A DNA stretch of 61,889 bases, counting the filler, from Globobulimina sp. (Eukaryota), in NCBI GenBank assembly GCA_003354225.1. It is 20 parts of 20 records of this genome, joined end to end, with 100 filler letters (N's around TTAATTAATTAA, not from the genome) between each part and the next. Parts side by side here need not be neighbours in the genome. Positions count along the whole stretch, not along the records: positions 55,797 to 58,793 come from PIVH01004087.1; positions 58,894 to 61,889 come from PIVH01004088.1; 18 more parts are not named here. The stretch is one strand, 5' to 3'. The notes below the pieces were generated by a model, which worked only from the letters and a program-made list of their open reading frames with translations, searched no databases and was not told the origin of the DNA. Within the stretch, counting starts at the first letter, position 1. Each line of letters starts with the position of its first letter. A program made the position numbers and the translations under genes. Of this stretch, positions 56,281 to 61,889 are shown piece after piece.

Positions 56281-57356
56281 ATAGCCATACAAAATGATGG
56301 AAAAGATCAGATTTGGTTCAAATCATGGCAAAAGAGAAAGGTAAGTGTGTGTTGAATGGCTTCGGAACAGAACAAGCATGCCTATCGAATGTCGACGTCG
56401 ATATTGAGGATTTGTTATCAAACCCAATGATAATTTCCACACCCTTTGGTGACCTGTCTGCCACGGCAATGAAGAAAGAGTATCCTCCATCGAATAAAAA
56501 GATGCAGAGAGAGATTGAAAATAAGTTTCAGAGAATGAAATTTTGTTCCAGCTTGAGTATGATTGCAATCATTGCTGCCCTCATATTTTGGTATTATTTT
56601 TCAGAGATCTATTTAGTAATCTTGGAGATATTGTTGTCTGTGTGTCTGTGAGAATTGGAAAAGTTCAAACGTACAAAAAATAAATGTACTTTGTCATACT
56701 TTTGTGTATCTGTGTTATCATGGTCGGAAATATTTTTAATTTTCGTTTTCGGATTTTTTAATTTTATTTCTTTTCGGATTTTTCTAGGATTTGCGTGCTC
56801 GGAATGAAAATCACAAACGGAATGTGTTGAAAAAGGAATTCATTTTGACAATTTTTGGAACAAACTCACCAACGTAAATGTTATTCATCTTAAGGTAGTA
56901 ATACATTTTAGAAGAGTTTCCACGTGGGCATTGGTCTGATTAAACTGTATTTTTCTTGATTTTTTGGCGAAAAACAAAATTGAATCGGAGCAACTTTATT
57001 TTTGGCGTAAGTCCATTAGGATTTGTTGGAACGAGTTTCGCAGAATCGCAATACGGGGATTTACGAGACTTAAGGGATTTTGTATATGAGGAAATCGGAT
57101 CAGCTCTGAGCATGAAGATAATGTAGCTGTATATTCATAATCCATTTAACACCTCTAAAAATATAACTCCGAAAGATTCAAATACAGAATAATTGAAGAA
57201 AAAACAAACATGACAAAAACAAGCTACACAGATGATTGGTTGTTGTTTTTAATAAAAATTGGTCATTACCTTAATGCAGCAGACTGTGTGCACCGAATCT
57301 ATGTTATCTACTAAAGCAGAAGGTATTTAATTGATAAAGTATACAACATTTCCTTA

Positions 57357-57863
57357 ATGCAAATTGGATTTGCTCTTCATGCGATGATGGCTGCAGTTGG
57401 TGTATTTCAGCATGAATTTGAAAATTGGATCTATCATGAAAACATGAACCCCAAAGCACACAACATTAAATTGGATTTATTCTATCCTACATTGAATCTA
57501 GGATTGTTATTTTTTGTGATTGGAATGTATGGATACAGAAGATGGTGGGTTTTACTGTTATCTGTTCTGACAGTGACTGCAATCACATTTGATCATACAA
57601 ATCCTGCATTGAATATCATCACATTTTTGCTGACAATACCATATTCCTGTGCATGGTATACATTATCACGGAATAACATCATTATTGGATTATTATGTTT
57701 TTTGGAAGGATTTTTTGCGTTATTTTGGGTAATTAAATTAAAAAGCACTTGGAATCAATTATGGCATCTTGCAGATATTGTTGCGACAATTTTTTATGAT
57801 TATCTCAAAGTCTATGTTCTTAATGCGTTTCACAAATTTTCAAACAAACAGAAAGGCCTATAG
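57357..57863 (+). CDS. Hypothetical multi-pass membrane protein (upstream exons likely)
   Basis: 168-aa hydrophobic ORF with spaced His residues. Confidence 0.5.
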   Translation: MQIGFALHAMMAAVGVFQHEFENWIYHENMNPKAHNIKLDLFYPTLNLGLLFFVIGMYGYRRWWVLLLSVLTVTAITFDHTNPALNIITFLLTIPYSCAWYTLSRNNIIIGLLCFLEGFFALFWVIKLKSTWNQLWHLADIVATIFYDYLKVYVLNAFHKFSNKQKGL

Positions 57864-58313
57864 TTTATTGTTCTTGTGTGTGTGTGTGTTGTCAACTGCG
57901 GTGGCTGCATTTTGATATTTCTTTTTGTAGTGGCAACAATCTGAATTTTTATTGATTTCTTGAATCGTAATCCAACAATCGATCTTGCAATTGGGTTAGA
58001 TGATGCTGTACATACGCATTCTGTTTGTGAGATGACTACATTTGGATAAGCAATGCCATGTTCCGGAAATCATAAAGGTGTCGCAAAAGTAGAGGATTTA
58101 GTAACTCAGTTTATTTTCTGTGACATAAAAACTGTGTCGGAAAGAAAAAGTGTGTTTCTTTCAACACACTTTTTACAAAACCTAGGTTTCTCATATATTT
58201 CGATAACGTACGTTTGAAACATAAGTTCAGACAAAACATATGTTTCTTCTTTTTAGTATTGACCAATAAGATTGATTCACTACCAATGAATATTGAATTA
58301 TAGCAAATGACCA

Positions 58314-58650
58314 GATTTTTACGAGTGAATTTCGTCTAAAAGTATCGATGACGAAACAGAAATCATATTTGGGACAATCTAAAATCGACTCGTCCCGAAA
58401 GTCATATGGAAGATGTGTATTATGTTTATGAAGAAGATTTTAATATCCACCTAGCTCAATTGGCAGAGCATTGGTTTGAATGGATTGCAAACCAAATGGA
58501 TGTATGTTCGAATCCTACGGTGATGAGATGCAGCGAGAAAGAGAAGCAATGTCGTCACGTATTAAAGCGGCGAGAATGAGAAAGAAAAGCCGTCAGATAT
58601 TAAGGCGGCGAGAATGAGAAAGAAAGCAGTCATATATTAAGGCGGTGAGA
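58314..58650 (+). repeat. Direct repeat copy 2, ending in about 3 tandem units of about 36 nt
   Basis: Unit ttaa(a/g)gcggcgagaatgagaaagaaa(a)gc(c/a)gtca; 2340 nt downstream of copy 1. Confidence 0.92.
58445..58526 (+). pseudogene. Degenerate intron-containing tRNA (anticodon GAA, Phe-like) or tRNA-derived SINE head
   Basis: A box TAGCTCAATTGGCAGAGC, anticodon stem TTGGT/ACCAA with an enlarged loop, B box GTTCGAATC. The acceptor stem has only 4 bp (cacc/ggtg) and the T stem has one mismatch. Confidence 0.65.
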
Positions 58651-59308
58651 TGAATTATTTGGTTCTTATGATGGTGGCTTAAGGCATCGCCATCATCACC
58701 ACAACAACAAACAACCCAAAATTTGAAAAAATGGGAAAAAAATGAAGAAAAAGATGGTGGTATTGGATCACCACAAACTAAATGAAAAAAAGGNNNNNNN
58801 NNNNNNNNNNNNNNNNNNNNNNNNNNNNNNNNNNNNNTTAATTAATTAANNNNNNNNNNNNNNNNNNNNNNNNNNNNNNNNNNNNNNNNNNNNTAAATAT
58901 TCCTGCGAATGCGTGGATACAAAAAATCCCTTGTCAATACCACATTCCGTCGACTCAGTTTCTATTTTGGGTTGTGTTGACAACATATTTCGTCGGTGTT
59001 TTGGTGTAGATTGGATATTCATATTGTTGTTGTTATCCGTTGATTTAAATAATTGAACACAAATAAATGCAATATAACAACACAAAAATAATAAAAGAGC
59101 AACTCTAATGATGCCCTATGTTACATATAATATGGATATAACTGTTTAATATTAAATGATAAATTGATAAATGATTTTACATACATGAGATCGATCCATT
59201 ATTGGAGATGTTGAACTGTATGAACGGTGTTGAACGGTGTATCTTTTGATTATGTAATGGTTACGTTGGGAGTGGAACAAAACGTCATGAAAGAATGATT
59301 AAAAAAAC

Positions 59309-60538
59309 CTACAGTTTGGGAGAAGGATTATATGTAGAATGCTGTTGGTCCTGTTTAGGCACAAAATTGCAATGAATCGAATTTTCATTGTAAACTACCA
59401 TATTCCTTTTAATTTCCTTTATCGAATTGACTCCCATCATTTGCATGCATAAAATCAATTCATTCCTAAATATCTCTATTATTCTCTCCACTCCTTCTTG
59501 ACCAAAACAAGCTAATCCATATATAATAGGTCTCGCAATCCCAACCATTGTGGCACCTAAACATAAAGCTTTAAATATGTCGGTACCTCTCCTTATTCCG
59601 CCATCTATAAATATCTCAAAGCTATCATCGTTACGCAAATATATATTATTTTCATTTAACATCTTGACACTTTCAACCAACACTTCAAGCGAAGATCGAA
59701 CATATTCACCTTGTCTCCCTCCATGATTACTTAAAATAACTCCGCCAACTCCATCAAAATTATATGCTTTCAACACATCTTCACCGCATCCAATACCTTT
59801 AAGAATCAATTTAATTCCATATTTGCTGCAATAATTATCAACAATCCATTCAACAAATGACCAATTTTGTGATGGATTTAATAATGATGGGCTCATATTT
59901 ACCATCCATTCATTTCCTGGCACTTTCAAATATCTTTCTCGTTTACAATATGCGGGAGAGTCCACAGTTAAACAAATTGTTTTTATACCTTTAGAAACAG
60001 CTGCATCTAATTTCTCTTTCACATATTTCTTATCTATATCTTGTTTGTCACTCATTGTATACAATTGATACCATACCGTTTGGTTTTTATCTTTATGTTG
60101 AATGATAGTATCAAATGGTATTGATGATGCTGCCGGAATCATATATATAATCTCTTTGTTTTTAGCTGCTTCAATGATCTCAATTTCTCCATTATTATGG
60201 ACTAAATTACTTCGCGATGAAGCGGATATATATATTGGTAATGAACATTTTATTGTGGCACAAAATAATTTAGTACTGGTATCCATAAATCTTTTCTTGT
60301 TTACGCCCACCAAAATTGTAGGTCTTAACCATATGATACTATATATCCTCTGATTCTCCCTCAAAGTATATTCATCTAAAACTCCTGTTATATAAAAGTT
60401 ATATGCATCTTTATTCTTTCTGCTTTCGGTTTTGTTGCGCGTCGAATGTAATAATTTGTTGCGGGCAGCAGCATGAAAATCATAAACATTGAAGAGTTGA
60501 TGAAGAGGAGGAATAAGTTGTGTTTCATTGACAGCCAT
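59309..60538 (-). CDS. FMN-dependent alpha-hydroxy acid oxidase/dehydrogenase with PTS1-like C-terminus (PKL)
   Basis: WYQLY, LTVDSP, ILKGI, SNHGGRQ, DGGIRRGTDIFKALCLGA. Confidence 0.95.
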   Translation of the reverse strand: MAVNETQLIPPLHQLFNVYDFHAAARNKLLHSTRNKTESRKNKDAYNFYITGVLDEYTLRENQRIYSIIWLRPTILVGVNKKRFMDTSTKLFCATIKCSLPIYISASSRSNLVHNNGEIEIIEAAKNKEIIYMIPAASSIPFDTIIQHKDKNQTVWYQLYTMSDKQDIDKKYVKEKLDAAVSKGIKTICLTVDSPAYCKRERYLKVPGNEWMVNMSPSLLNPSQNWSFVEWIVDNYCSKYGIKLILKGIGCGEDVLKAYNFDGVGGVILSNHGGRQGEYVRSSLEVLVESVKMLNENNIYLRNDDSFEIFIDGGIRRGTDIFKALCLGATMVGIARPIIYGLACFGQEGVERIIEIFRNELILCMQMMGVNSIKEIKRNMVVYNENSIHCNFVPKQDQQHSTYNPSPKL

Positions 60539-60583
60539 TTTTCTTAAAATAAGTTGAAGTTTTTAACAGGTTAATTAAAAGAC

Positions 60584-61036
60584 ATGACTACCTCTGACAG
60601 TCATTTAAGATCTTTTGTATCAAATTGGAAGAAATGCTTATTATCTATTGAGAAAGGTGAGGGTGATATGGATGTATTTTACAAAGATTTTTGTGATGAG
60701 AAAATGGTATTTTCTTCTCCAGTAATTTATAAACCAACAATGAATCCAATTTATAACAAAACAATTTTGAAATTGGTGATTGAAATAATTGAAGATTTTC
60801 ATTACAATGACATTGATTATTATAACGGAAACACAAATCGTGTGGCTATGACATTTTGTGGAAGAATAAAGGATCCAAAATCAAATAAATATTTTGAGGT
60901 GTCAGGAATTGATATGATTAAACTGCATGAAAATGGTAAAGCGATTGAATTGAAAGTTATGATCCGTCCGCTCAATTCTTTAATATTGGTTGCAACTAAA
61001 ATGAAGAATCGATTTAAGAAACTCAATAAATTATGA
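60584..61036 (+). CDS. SnoaL/NTF2-like fold protein
   Basis: VFSSPVIYKP, EDFHY and GIDMIKLHENGKAIELKVMIRPL. Confidence 0.8.
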   Translation: MTTSDSHLRSFVSNWKKCLLSIEKGEGDMDVFYKDFCDEKMVFSSPVIYKPTMNPIYNKTILKLVIEIIEDFHYNDIDYYNGNTNRVAMTFCGRIKDPKSNKYFEVSGIDMIKLHENGKAIELKVMIRPLNSLILVATKMKNRFKKLNKL

Positions 61037-61091
61037 TGTTGCTGTTGACAAAAATAAGACTTGCTTAGTTTTCTGCTAGACTCGGAGTGAA

Positions 61092-61889
61092 ATGACAATG
61101 TCAAACTTAAAATTTCTGTTCTCAGAAGTATTGGAAGCATGTATCGATCAAGGAACTGATGTCGTGGTTGAACAGTTACAACAAATACAACAAGATAAGA
61201 ATGAAGTCAATGAACAACTAATTGATGACACTGAAATGAGTGAATTATCATCAAACGAATACCATGACAATGAAGAGAAACAATTTGAAATGTCATGTGA
61301 TACTCATACTGAATCAGACGAAATGGAACAAGAATTATCACCAAAACCACATATACAAAACAAACGGATTGTTGATATTTCATTAAATGTACAATCATTA
61401 GTAAAAGATAAGAGAATTAATTGTAAATTCCCATCAAACACCAATAAAAATAATGGTTATTTTCCATCCACTTTCCAATCCGCTATTTTATATCATATCG
61501 GATGGCAAAGAAAACTCATTGGCCACAGGATTGGATTAATTGTAATGGCGACTGCAATGGGAAAGACTGTGTTGGCCATATTTGACATTGAAAAGGAGTT
61601 AAATGAGATACACAATACATTGGGCACTGAATATGGATTACAATATTCACAAACAAATAAGACAAGTTGTTTGGCTTTGACTCACTTTATTTGTCCATGT
61701 AATGTTCATAATTATATTGAAAACGAATTAAATGTTAATATTCAATCTAAATTGGATAGAAAAATGAAAGAAATTAAGCCCTTTAAATTAATATTTATTG
61801 TCCATACCAAAGCAATTCGGAATTCTGCATATTTTAAATTTAAACATCATTTTCAAAGCATTTACAATAATGTACCAAACAAATATTTT
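61092..61889 (+). CDS. ResIII-like SF2 helicase N-terminal part, 3'-partial (not in the ORF track)
   Basis: 266 open codons: PSTFQSAIL (Q motif), GLIVMATAMGKTVLAIFD (Walker A) and LIFIVHTKAIR (motif Ia). Confidence 0.75.
   Translation, partial: MTMSNLKFLFSEVLEACIDQGTDVVVEQLQQIQQDKNEVNEQLIDDTEMSELSSNEYHDNEEKQFEMSCDTHTESDEMEQELSPKPHIQNKRIVDISLNVQSLVKDKRINCKFPSNTNKNNGYFPSTFQSAILYHIGWQRKLIGHRIGLIVMATAMGKTVLAIFDIEKELNEIHNTLGTEYGLQYSQTNKTSCLALTHFICPCNVHNYIENELNVNIQSKLDRKMKEIKPFKLIFIVHTKAIRNSAYFKFKHHFQSIYNNVPNKYF

Noticed and set aside
56313-56651. 112-aa ORF between the direct repeats as a transposase or integrase
   Set aside because: No catalytic motif; only a C-terminal hydrophobic stretch, and coding status is uncertain.

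Overview
This window is not one locus. It is 20 unrelated contigs of about 3.0 kb, sorted by decreasing length and joined by artificial 100-nt spacers (N44-TTAATTAATTAA-N44). The contigs come from an AT-rich, gene-dense eukaryote with short GT-AG introns and the standard genetic code. A foraminiferan/rhizarian protist is my inference, not proven. Recognisable genes include nocturnin-like EEP, GTPBP1/2, an ARF-like GTPase, YTH, RMC1, PDE, SulP, IDI, class I HDAC, BTAF1/Mot1, SMP-30, pirin, SPX, 7TM-RGS, ALDH, a Dicer/RIG-I-type helicase, a CAMK-type kinase and an FMN alpha-hydroxy acid oxidase. Two contigs end in short bacterial fragments that look like chimeric joins. The strongest candidate for a novel system is contig 21710-24709, an endonuclease-deficient Penelope-like retroelement. 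It has a basic upstream ORF separated from the RT by a single in-frame UGA, a +1 frameshift in the RT, and a 3' non-canonical minimal hammerhead ribozyme (GUGAAUCA core: C3:G8 swapped to G3:C8, plus one extra nucleotide) that an upstream strand could sequester. Other notable items are an intron that is a terminal-inverted-repeat element, two tRNA-like elements, a cluster of GAA mini-hairpins and divergent gene pairs only 45-64 bp apart. All family assignments are from motif recognition by eye; no searches were run.
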